DNA of 56,546 nt, taken from NCBI GenBank assembly GCA_017387475.1, contig JAFOFE010000034.1:1-56546 (forward strand). Direction: 5' to 3'. The notes under the pieces were generated by a model, which saw only the letters and a program-made list of their open reading frames with translations, was not told where the DNA came from and made no database searches. Positions within the stretch are counted from its first letter, which is position 1. Each line of letters opens with the position of its first letter. Made by a program: the position numbers and the translations under genes. Shown here piece after piece: positions 27,601 through 35,585 of this stretch. This DNA comes from Clostridia bacterium. GTDB taxonomy: Bacteria > Bacillota > Clostridia > Oscillospirales > Acutalibacteraceae.

Positions 27601-30600
27601 CGATCCAGGTCCTGGCGAACAACCCGGTGGCACAGTAACCGTTCCCGATTATGTATGGGACGGCACCGAAGTTGCACCTACCGAAGGTGACGGTTCTAGC
27701 GCTAACCCATATCTCATTAAAACAGCCGAAGAACTTGCATACATCATTGCAAACGGTGGTGGCGCTAACACATATTATAAAATAGTAAATGATATTTACT
27801 TAAATGCTACCGAATATATTAATTGGGAAACTGGTGCTGTTACAAACGGCTACACAGCAAGATCTTGGTACGATAACGTAGCATTCCAAGGAATTATCGA
27901 TGGTGACGGACACACCGTTCACGGTCTTTACTACGATGCAAAGGCTAGTGCAAGCTGGTCAATTTGGGGTAACGGTCTTATTCCAAGAGTTGCTGCTAAC
28001 ACAACAGTTTATGTATCTAAACTCGGTATCGACAATGCTTACGTTTCAGGTAAGCACGGCGTTTCTGCCTTCGTAGGTTGTGGTGGCGACAACGTATCTA
28101 CCACAGATTCTACTCGCGCAAAAATTAACATCGACAGATGTTTTGTTGGTGCTAATGTAGTACTTAAGGGTTATGACGTAGGTGCTTTCCGTGGTGCAAC
28201 CAGAGGCTCCGATACAGTTATTTCTAACTCTTACACACTTGCAACACTTAACGGTACAATGACCGGTATCGTTGGTGGCGAAACTTGGGATGCTTCTGTT
28301 GAAATTAGCAACACTTATAACGCTAAGGGCAAGCCCACATCTCAAGCTTGGCATCCTGACTATTCTTTCTTAAACGTATATGTTACCGATGGTGGTAACT
28401 TTGCAAACGATGTTACTGTTCTTACTGCCGATCAAATGAAGGGCACAGATGCATTAACAAACATGGCTAACATAAATGCAGACAATGCATTTATCGCAAC
28501 CGATTCTTATCCTGTTATTAACTTCGCAGGTGGTACTGGTCCCGTAGTTCCAGATAATCCTAGCGATGAAACAGTAACTGTACCCGATTATGTTTGGGAT
28601 AGAACCGAAGTTGCTCCTACAAAGGGCGACGGTTCCAAGAAGAATCCTTACTTAATTGGTACTGCAGAAGAACTCGCTTACGTTATCGCTAACGGCGGTG
28701 GCCAAAGCACATATTATAAATTAACAGCAGACATCTATCTTAATGCTATCGAATATATCGACTGGGCAACAGGCGAAGCTGTAGACGGCTACGTTCCTAG
28801 AACTTGGTACGATAACGTAGCATTCCAAGGCACCATCAATGGTGACGGTTATATGGTTTACGGTCTCTACTTCAAGACCACAAAGACTGCTAAGTTCGGT
28901 TATTGGGGCGAAGGTCTTATTCCTCGTGTTAACCCGGGCACAAGCGCAACCGTTACAAAACTTGGTGTAGATTATGCTTATGTATCATCCGAAAACGCTG
29001 CTTCTGCATTTGTTGGTTTTGCCGGTGCAACAAGCGCTAGCGATTCAAACAACGCAATGGCAAACGTTTCTATCGACAAGTGCTTTGTTGGTGCTAACAC
29101 AACCATTAAGGGTTGGGACGTTGGTGCTTTCCGTGGTGGTACAAGAAGTTCTAACACTTCAATCGTAAACGCTTACTCACTTGCTACTTTAGACGGCGGC
29201 TCTACAAAGGGTCTTATTGGTAACATTTGGGATGCTAGTGTTGCTATTGAAAACGCATACAATGCAAACGGCGCAATCGTTTCTGACATGTGGCTTTCAA
29301 ACATCGACTCTGGTCTTAAGAACGTATATGCAACCGATAAGGGCTTATATGTAGATAAGGTTGTTGGACTTACAACAGACAACATGCAGGGCCTTGATGT
29401 ATTCACAAACGAAGCTAAAATGCCTAACATCAATGTAGACGATGCTTTCGTTGCACAAGATGGCTATCCTGTACTTAAGGTATTTACCGACTTACAGACC
29501 GATACAGTTGTTGAAACTCCCGGTCAAGTATGGACAGGAACAATTGCAGAAGAATTCGCACAAGGCGAAGGTACTGAAGACGATCCATACATCATTTCCA
29601 CTGCTGCTGAACTTGCTTATGCAGTTAAATACAACGGCTTCGGTGGTAAGTATTTCGAACTTTCACACGATATCTTCCTTAACGATATTTCCAATAAACT
29701 TTGGTATCGTTCAGCAGACTGCAACGAATGGTTTGCAGATTCTGCAGGCTTCAACGGTCATATCGATGGTAAGGGCCACATCGTTTACGGTATCTGGTAT
29801 CCTAACGGAAACAAGAATAAGGCTTCTGGTCTTATCCCTGTATTCATGAGTGGTACTATTAAGAATATCGGTGTAAGAAACGCTCAAATCAACGCAGAAG
29901 AATGCGCTGGTGGTATCGTTGGTAAGACAGTTAGAACTGGTATGAAGACTGTTGAATCTTGCTTCGTAGATGAAACAGTATTTGTTGCAACCAACCATAC
30001 AGACTACGCATCCGGTGGTATCGTAGGTATGGCTTACGACACTACAAACGCTGCAGAAATCACATTATTAATTAAGAACTGCTACTCTAAGGCAAGTCTT
30101 TCCGGTATGGATGACGACCGTAAGAACGGTATCTTAGGTGGCTCTTGGAGAACTCCTTACTCCATCATTAACTGCTACTCTGTTGGCTATCCTGTATATA
30201 ATGCACAACACGCAGCAGAAGCAACATCTGCATTCTGGAACTATCATCCTTCAAACGATGCAGAAGCTAAGAACGAAATCCGTGATAAGAACGTTCAACT
30301 CACAGCATTCATTTACAACAACTATTCAGATGTTGGCGTAATTAACCAGTGGACAAATCAAATTGTTATTGCCGATGCAACAACTATGAGAGGCGACGCT
30401 GCTCGTACTTCAATGCCTGAACTCGACTACGTAAATGTATATCAAGTAGTTGAAGGTGGTACACCTAAACTTAAGATCTTCACCACTATCGATGGTAAAG
30501 ATATCTTCTCTTCACAAGATGCCGACTTCTTCGGCGCAGGCAGAGGTTCTATGGATGATCCTTTCATCATCAGAACAGCAGAACATCTCCGCTATGTTGT

Positions 30601-33232
30601 AGAAAGCTTAGATACAAAGGGCAAGTACTATAAACTTGGCAACGATATCTATGTAAACGATACAACCGATCCTAACTGGATGAACAACAATCCTGCAACT
30701 TGGTATTCAGAAGAACATCATCACAGCTTCGCAGGTCACTTCGACGGCGCTGGCTACAAGATCTATGGTCTTTATGTAAATGAAGAATCTCCCAAATATC
30801 AAGGTGCAAACTACAAGGGTACCGGCAAAGAAGCTGAATGGATCAACCATGGTACAGGTCTCTTCCCATACATCGATCCTGAAGCATCTGTTCGTAACAC
30901 CCACATCCGTAATTCTTACCTTGCAGGTAAGGGTACCGTTGGTGGTATTGCTGGTAACTTAACACTTGGTAACGAAGCTGCAAGACTTCAAATTATTGCT
31001 TGCTCGGTTGATGAAACCGTAACACTTAAGGGCTTTACCGTTGGTGGTCTTATCGGTGCTTCTCATACTCGTGGTATCGATCTTACCTACTGCTATGGTT
31101 CAGCTAAAATGTCCAACACTGGTCCTGAAAATCGTGTAAGTGGTCTCGTGGGCGATATCTGGGGCGCAAAACTCAGTGCATTCGAAGCTTACACAACCGA
31201 ATATCAGGTTGCTTTCGGTAGCCTTGTTAATACAACTGCTCTCTATGGTCCTGTTGACCAGTTTGGCGTAACCGTATTAAACAAGTCCGATATGATCGGC
31301 GCTAAGGCTAAGAACAACATGAAGTTCACTTGGGATAAGGTTTGGTACACAGTAGACGGCAAAACACCACAACTCAATGTTGTTAAATACGGCGAAGAAG
31401 AATCTCTCTACGACGAAGGTGTTGAAGGTCGTGTATGGTCCGGTAAGGTTGCTAACAACTTTGGCGGCGGTAGTGGTACTAAGGAAGATCCTTACCTCAT
31501 CTACACACCTGAACAAATGGCTCGCATCTTCGCACTCCAGTCCGACAAGTTTACTTATTACAAGTTAATGGCAGACTTAAAGCTTAACAACACAAGCAAA
31601 GAAAATTGGGAAGACAACGCTAAAATGTGGTATGCAGGAGATTATACCTTCCGCGGTGAGTTCGATGGTAACGGCCACGTAGTTTCGGGTCTTTACTACA
31701 AGAACGAAAACAATACCGATTACTCCAAAGCAGGTCTCTTCCAAAAACTTGGCCACAGCTCCACAATTAAGAAGCTTGGCGTAACCAATTCAACCGTTAT
31801 TAATAATGGTCCTATTGCCACCTATGCTGCAGCAATCTGCGCATACCTCGAACACTGGGCACCCGAAGATAACAAGGATGGCTCTAAGAAGGTTCCTCAA
31901 ATTATCGAATGCTTCGGTTCAGATTCTGTTTACCTCGAAGCAAACGCAGTTGCAGGTATCCTTGCTGCAACCCAGACCGAAGTTATCATTAAGAACTGCT
32001 ACTTCACAGGCGAACTTACAGGTGCTACCTATTCAGGCGCAATGGTAGCCGATAACTGGGCTGCATCCGGCCACGGACCTACACTCATTAACTGTTACGC
32101 TGCAACCTTAGACGCTGACCCACTTGGCGATGGCTATGGAGATTGCGGATTTAACGATGACTCTGTTGCAAACAAGAGAACATTCATCACAGATTGCTAC
32201 ATTGCAGGTTCTTCCAGAGCAGCAGCAATCACTCCTATCAGCGTAATGTATATGAAGGGCGCAGATGCTAAGAAGTATATGCCTAAGCTTGACTTCAAGA
32301 ACGTTTGGATGACCGTTAACGGTGGTACACCCGTTCTTCGTTGCTTCGGCAGCAATGCTTCCAAGTATTCAAGCACACGTAATCCTAAGGAAGTTGTAAT
32401 TAGCTTCGGTAACCTTGGCGATGCAGTAGTTGAGCCACTTCGTGGTTACCCAGGATACACACCTATCTCTAAAGATGAACTCCCAGTTCCCGAACGTCGT
32501 GGCTTCATCTTCAACGGTTGGCATCACTTCAACCCAGATGGTTGTGAATTCGAACTCGAATTATTCCCCAACTACGACATCACACTTTATGCTAACTGGA
32601 CCGAAGTTGGATTTACTCAAAACTTCGATAAAGAGCTTAACGAACAGTATGACTACAACGAAGGTATCGAAATCTTCAAGCCAGGTCTTGCACACTATAA
32701 CACCAAGTATGTTCATAGTGGATGGCGCTCACTCCACACCTTAAAGGATAGCTCCGTAGATCCTGAATTCCTCGTTTCTTACGAAGATACTTTACTTGTT
32801 GGTTACGAATATGAAATTTCCTTCTGGATGACCACCGATACCGATGGCACATCAGGAAAACTCTACTTCGAACAGTCTAACTACGGTGATGTTAACGATG
32901 AAATCGTTGGCTATCAAGAAGCTCTCACATTCTCCGACCTTAAGGATGGCGAATGGAAGCAATACACAGTTAAGATTGTTGCTAACGCTCCTTACTTAAT
33001 CGTTCGTGCTGAAAAGGGAACCAGCCTCTATTTCGAAGACTTCGAAGGCATCCCAACCGGCGCTAAGGGCGAACTCGGCAACCTCTTAGGTTACAATCCT
33101 GGCGCAGCAGGCAACGGCTCCGGCTTATTCGGACTCGCTCCTTGGCTTGTAGCTATCATCATCGGCGGCGCAGTATTAGTACTTGGTGGCGCAGCTGTAG
33201 TGGTTATCGTTGTAACCAAAAAGAAGGCATAG
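24626..33232 (+). CDS. Giant (2868 aa) cell-surface protein: signal peptide, 8 GLUG-like beta-helix modules, Listeria-Bacteroides repeat, CBM-like domain, C-terminal TM anchor
   Basis: Modules start near 24755, 25703, 26663, 27650, 28589, 29525, 30518 and 31430. Each has a cap W(D/S)G…(P/D)(Y/F)xIxxxxELAYxxxxxG…Y(K/E)LxxDI(Y/F)LN…F(x)GxxDGxGHx(V/I)xG(L/I)(Y/W), three GxxG rungs (SAFVG/GAFRG/GLIG or GGIVG/GGLIG/SGLVG) and a tail …MxGxxA…MPxL…YPVLKxF. RGFIFNGWHHFNPDG is a Listeria-Bacteroides repeat. The protein ends LAPWLVAIIIGGAVLVLGGAAVVVIVVTKKKA. Confidence 0.85.
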   Translation: MLSFVNMFKKNNFGRSVLSVILAVAVLCSTLSMVALIPTFAEYEVWDGTTQTAPVDSDSDGVYEITNADELAYVVYNDGTINGTAACSFILTDDIYINDPSKVNWTTGEAIGSYTINSWFRYWKYGNTYSNFSGTIDGDGHTVYGLYFKNTTQGATQYDAAALIPGATGNVVIENLGVDNAYVNYTNGVSAFVGYATNDTVLNISNSFAGANVTLIGNDAGVFRAVARNNVDCVLENCYSLATTTGTKTYGLIGFNWDNTKFTFKNCYNATGPLNFGGGPGWYCVSQNSYAISDSTDAGGGNWLWDGVTVITADKMQGQDVFTDAAKMPNLNLDGVYEATDTYPVLKIFVKAVVPAPVVEVWDGTTQTAPVDSDSDGVYEITNAEELAYVVYNDGTINGNAACSFILTNDIYINDINKVNWATGEAIGSYTINSWFRYWKYGNTYSSFAGTIDGDGHIVYGLYFKNTEQGKTQYDAAALIPGVKGTAVIKNLGVDNAYVNYSNGASAFVGYALTDSTVNISNSFAGANVTIIGNDAGVFRAVARDNINCVLENCYSLANTVGSATYGLIGFNWEKNSKFTFKNCYNANGPLNFGGGPGWYCVSENSYATADSINAGGGNWLGDGVTVITADNMKGQDVFSNTAKMPNLNTNDVYEATSGYPILKLFKQAAGNEPGDDNTEVDIWDGTTTTAPAGNGTQASPYLITNGAELAYIISNGGGADTYYKLTADIYLNDIAKIDWATGNAIAEYTPNTWYDNVAFQGNIDGDGHVVYGLYFKTPSSTSWSIWGNGLVPKVAVGASVSITKLGVDKSYISGKHGVSAFVGCAGDNISTSDRANVTIDQCYVGANVTLKGHDVGAFRGTTRNSNTTIKNSYSLATIIANGSYGLVGSMWTVSLDIDNCYIVGAGVTTDVWSAGVSNIYATQEDKYTGEVEVLTAENMKGTSALTNMPNLNTDDVFVATDSYPVLKVFVKEQDPGENPDPGEDPDPGETPDPGPGEQPGGTVTVPDYVWDGTEVAPTEGDGSSANPYLIKTAEELAYIIANGGGANTYYKIVNDIYLNATEYINWETGAVTNGYTARSWYDNVAFQGIIDGDGHTVHGLYYDAKASASWSIWGNGLIPRVAANTTVYVSKLGIDNAYVSGKHGVSAFVGCGGDNVSTTDSTRAKINIDRCFVGANVVLKGYDVGAFRGATRGSDTVISNSYTLATLNGTMTGIVGGETWDASVEISNTYNAKGKPTSQAWHPDYSFLNVYVTDGGNFANDVTVLTADQMKGTDALTNMANINADNAFIATDSYPVINFAGGTGPVVPDNPSDETVTVPDYVWDRTEVAPTKGDGSKKNPYLIGTAEELAYVIANGGGQSTYYKLTADIYLNAIEYIDWATGEAVDGYVPRTWYDNVAFQGTINGDGYMVYGLYFKTTKTAKFGYWGEGLIPRVNPGTSATVTKLGVDYAYVSSENAASAFVGFAGATSASDSNNAMANVSIDKCFVGANTTIKGWDVGAFRGGTRSSNTSIVNAYSLATLDGGSTKGLIGNIWDASVAIENAYNANGAIVSDMWLSNIDSGLKNVYATDKGLYVDKVVGLTTDNMQGLDVFTNEAKMPNINVDDAFVAQDGYPVLKVFTDLQTDTVVETPGQVWTGTIAEEFAQGEGTEDDPYIISTAAELAYAVKYNGFGGKYFELSHDIFLNDISNKLWYRSADCNEWFADSAGFNGHIDGKGHIVYGIWYPNGNKNKASGLIPVFMSGTIKNIGVRNAQINAEECAGGIVGKTVRTGMKTVESCFVDETVFVATNHTDYASGGIVGMAYDTTNAAEITLLIKNCYSKASLSGMDDDRKNGILGGSWRTPYSIINCYSVGYPVYNAQHAAEATSAFWNYHPSNDAEAKNEIRDKNVQLTAFIYNNYSDVGVINQWTNQIVIADATTMRGDAARTSMPELDYVNVYQVVEGGTPKLKIFTTIDGKDIFSSQDADFFGAGRGSMDDPFIIRTAEHLRYVVESLDTKGKYYKLGNDIYVNDTTDPNWMNNNPATWYSEEHHHSFAGHFDGAGYKIYGLYVNEESPKYQGANYKGTGKEAEWINHGTGLFPYIDPEASVRNTHIRNSYLAGKGTVGGIAGNLTLGNEAARLQIIACSVDETVTLKGFTVGGLIGASHTRGIDLTYCYGSAKMSNTGPENRVSGLVGDIWGAKLSAFEAYTTEYQVAFGSLVNTTALYGPVDQFGVTVLNKSDMIGAKAKNNMKFTWDKVWYTVDGKTPQLNVVKYGEEESLYDEGVEGRVWSGKVANNFGGGSGTKEDPYLIYTPEQMARIFALQSDKFTYYKLMADLKLNNTSKENWEDNAKMWYAGDYTFRGEFDGNGHVVSGLYYKNENNTDYSKAGLFQKLGHSSTIKKLGVTNSTVINNGPIATYAAAICAYLEHWAPEDNKDGSKKVPQIIECFGSDSVYLEANAVAGILAATQTEVIIKNCYFTGELTGATYSGAMVADNWAASGHGPTLINCYAATLDADPLGDGYGDCGFNDDSVANKRTFITDCYIAGSSRAAAITPISVMYMKGADAKKYMPKLDFKNVWMTVNGGTPVLRCFGSNASKYSSTRNPKEVVISFGNLGDAVVEPLRGYPGYTPISKDELPVPERRGFIFNGWHHFNPDGCEFELELFPNYDITLYANWTEVGFTQNFDKELNEQYDYNEGIEIFKPGLAHYNTKYVHSGWRSLHTLKDSSVDPEFLVSYEDTLLVGYEYEISFWMTTDTDGTSGKLYFEQSNYGDVNDEIVGYQEALTFSDLKDGEWKQYTVKIVANAPYLIVRAEKGTSLYFEDFEGIPTGAKGELGNLLGYNPGAAGNGSGLFGLAPWLVAIIIGGAVLVLGGAAVVVIVVTKKKA
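24755..26662 (+). repeat. In-frame tandem duplication (948-nt period) forming modules 1 and 2 of the giant gene
   Basis: The first 65 nt of both copies (24755-24819 and 25703-25767) are identical. The remainder is roughly 80-90% identical by eye. Confidence 0.85.
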
Positions 33233-33266
33233 TCCTTATAAAACTATAAATAATAGTTAACCTAAA

Positions 33267-33313
33267 GAAAGGCAATAGAGTTTTGAAAAAAAGTCAATTC
33301 TCTATTGCCTTTT
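33267..33313 (+). terminator. Rho-independent terminator after the 2868-aa gene
   Basis: aaaggcaatagag … ctctattgccttt stem followed by ttt. Confidence 0.7.
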
Positions 33314-33374
33314 TCATTTGTTTGTTGTAAAATAACTAATGTACAAATTTTATCATTAAATGAGGTGTTGATTT

Positions 33375-35315
33375 ATGAAATTTTACAAATTCGGAGAAGA
33401 AAAAGTTTTAAATTTAAAACTTACAACTGCCACTAATATCGATGCTGTGCCTGAAGTTACAAAAAAGGTAATTGCTCGCTTTGCGTCGGTAAAAACATCT
33501 GCTAACGACATTGCTGCAATTTTGGTTAAACCTCTTTGTCCGGCAACCGTTGCATTCCTTGAAGAAAAAACAGGAAACAAGTACGAAGCACACGATGAAG
33601 CTTTTGTAATTAAAGCCGAAGACAACAATATCGTTATCTACGCTAACGACGATTCCGGCGTTCGTTGTGGTTTAATGACATTCCTTCGCTTACTTAACAA
33701 TAAATCTTGCTTCAACTATACATATATCTACGACTATCCATTTAGCGCTTTCCGTGGCGTAAAAATTTATATGCCCGGCACTAATGAAATTCAAGATTAT
33801 AAAGATTTTGTTGACATGATGATGTATTATCGCAGCAACAAAATTATGATAGAAGTAGGTGGTGCTATGGAATATAAGCGCCATCCCGAAATCAACGAAG
33901 GCTGGGAAGCATTCTGTAAAGAAATGACCGAATATTCGGGTAAAGCTAATAAGGTTCAAGACTGCACTTATCCTTGGCGTAAAAATTCTATGCACGTAGA
34001 TAACGGCGCAGGTTCATACATTTCACAAGAACAGGTTAAAGAACTTGTTAAATATGCAGAAGATCGTGGTATTGAAGTTATTCCCGAAGTTCCATCATCT
34101 TCTCACTGTGACTACTTGTTAACACGTCATCCAGAACTTGCAGAACGTTGTGAAGACCCATATCCCGATACATTCTGTCTTTCAAACCCTGCTTCTTACG
34201 AACTTCTTTTCGACGTGTTCGACGAAGTTATAGAAGTGTTTAAGCCTAACGTTATAAACGTTGGACACGATGAATTCTATTCTATCAACGTTTGCGACCG
34301 TTGCCGTAAAAGACTTATGGACACACACGACCTTTTCGCTGAAGATTTAACCAAAATTCACGACTATCTTGCAGAAAAAGGCGTTAAGACAATGTTCTGG
34401 TGCGATAAGCTTCTTAACGTTCTTACAGAAAATGGTTCAAACTTCGGTGGCGCTATTAACTATGTATATCTCAATTGGGACAGAAATGCTAAATTCCTTG
34501 GCGTAATTCTTCCCACATGGCAAGCAAGAGATATCTTACCAAGAGATATTATTTGTATGAACTGGTTCTGGTCATTCGGCGAACAGTACGATGAAGATTT
34601 AAGAGAATATCCTGTTGTATTCGGTAACTTCAATGGTACCGGAATGAAGGGCTTCCGTAAACGCTGTGGAAACAATACATCGGGTGGTATGTGCTCCAAC
34701 TGGGGCGGAACCAATCCTCGTTGCTTACAAAGAAATGATATCTATTTCACTATGGCGTTCAACGATAACCTTTATTGGAATACCGAATATGACGATACCG
34801 ACGAGCATTTCACTCAGGTTACCGATAAAATCTTCGAAGATCTTTTCGCATATAATAACGGACCCGAAGATAACTATGGTAACCAATATATCGAACTACT
34901 CCATACAACCGACCTTTACGAATTGTATCATCCTTTCTTCGATGGCGAACTTGCTTATGGACCTAAGTACGAAGAAGACTACTATCTTGGCGATTATGTA
35001 ATTAAATATACCGACGGTACAACCGAAAACAACAGACTTTACCTTGGTGAATCTATTGCAGCGTCCAACCTTGAATGGTATGGTAAGCTTATGGTTAAAG
35101 AGGGAACAAGTGATGCCCCCGGTACCATTGGCTCCAGAATCGACAGTCGCTTAAAAGAAATTTGTTATTCCACCATTCCCGTTAAGGCAGATGACAAAAT
35201 TTTCTACAAATACCTGCTTAAAAACCCCTGCCCCGAAAAGACAGTTGAAAGCGTTGAATTCAAACTCGCAGAAGGTGCAGATTGGACAGTAGAAGTTAAA
35301 GACGTTAAGTTCTAA
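33375..35315 (+). CDS. GH20-like (beta-N-acetylhexosaminidase-type TIM barrel) hydrolase, no signal peptide
   Basis: 646 aa. FRGVKIYMPG … NKIMIEVGG … RGIEVIPEVPSSSHCDY … NVGHDEF parallels the GH20 pattern RGxMLD / IPEID-PGH / HxGGDE (D-E catalytic pair retained). GAGGTG RBS. Confidence 0.6.
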   Translation: MKFYKFGEEKVLNLKLTTATNIDAVPEVTKKVIARFASVKTSANDIAAILVKPLCPATVAFLEEKTGNKYEAHDEAFVIKAEDNNIVIYANDDSGVRCGLMTFLRLLNNKSCFNYTYIYDYPFSAFRGVKIYMPGTNEIQDYKDFVDMMMYYRSNKIMIEVGGAMEYKRHPEINEGWEAFCKEMTEYSGKANKVQDCTYPWRKNSMHVDNGAGSYISQEQVKELVKYAEDRGIEVIPEVPSSSHCDYLLTRHPELAERCEDPYPDTFCLSNPASYELLFDVFDEVIEVFKPNVINVGHDEFYSINVCDRCRKRLMDTHDLFAEDLTKIHDYLAEKGVKTMFWCDKLLNVLTENGSNFGGAINYVYLNWDRNAKFLGVILPTWQARDILPRDIICMNWFWSFGEQYDEDLREYPVVFGNFNGTGMKGFRKRCGNNTSGGMCSNWGGTNPRCLQRNDIYFTMAFNDNLYWNTEYDDTDEHFTQVTDKIFEDLFAYNNGPEDNYGNQYIELLHTTDLYELYHPFFDGELAYGPKYEEDYYLGDYVIKYTDGTTENNRLYLGESIAASNLEWYGKLMVKEGTSDAPGTIGSRIDSRLKEICYSTIPVKADDKIFYKYLLKNPCPEKTVESVEFKLAEGADWTVEVKDVKF

Positions 35316-35324
35316 AAACAATTC

Positions 35325-35361
35325 AAAACAGCAGAAGTCAAACACGGCTTCTGCTGTTTTT
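35325..35361 (+). terminator. Rho-independent terminator after the GH20-like gene
   Basis: 13-bp stem aaaacagcagaag / cttctgctgtttt plus a T-tract. Confidence 0.8.
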
Positions 35362-35469
35362 GTTTTATGGTTCTACGCATTAGTGGAATAAAATTACAAA
35401 TTGTGCACTTTAAACAAAATGCACCTTCTTATTTATATAAACTAGTGTATATGTTTTTAAAAATTACTA

Positions 35470-35545
35470 TGTTATAATATAACAGAATGGTGGAATATTG
35501 TCTTTTTGCACATAATGTTCCATAAACTAAAGTCTTGGCAAGACT
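35470..35545 (+). promoter_or_regulatory. Putative promoter/operator region of the 1955-aa gene: two 7+1+7 palindromes
   Basis: tgttata-a-tataaca (35470-35484) contains an extended -10 TGtTATAAT. agtcttg-g-caagact (35531-35545) lies 40 nt upstream of the ATG. Confidence 0.3.
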
Positions 35546-35585
35546 ACAAAAATTGCCGAATTTTAATTCGAAAGGGAGAAATACC

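Noticed and set aside
24755-32400. Periodic repeats that could be mistaken for a CRISPR or satellite array
   Set aside because: The period is about 940 nt, in-frame and protein-coding, with divergent copies. There are no short 25-40-nt direct repeats with unique spacers anywhere in the window.
35535-35585. ORF-track 5' extension of the 1955-aa gene (MARLQKLPNFNSKGRNT)
   Set aside because: It starts at a TTG inside the 15-bp palindrome with no RBS. The signal peptide begins at the ATG at 35586, which is preceded by GGGAGA.
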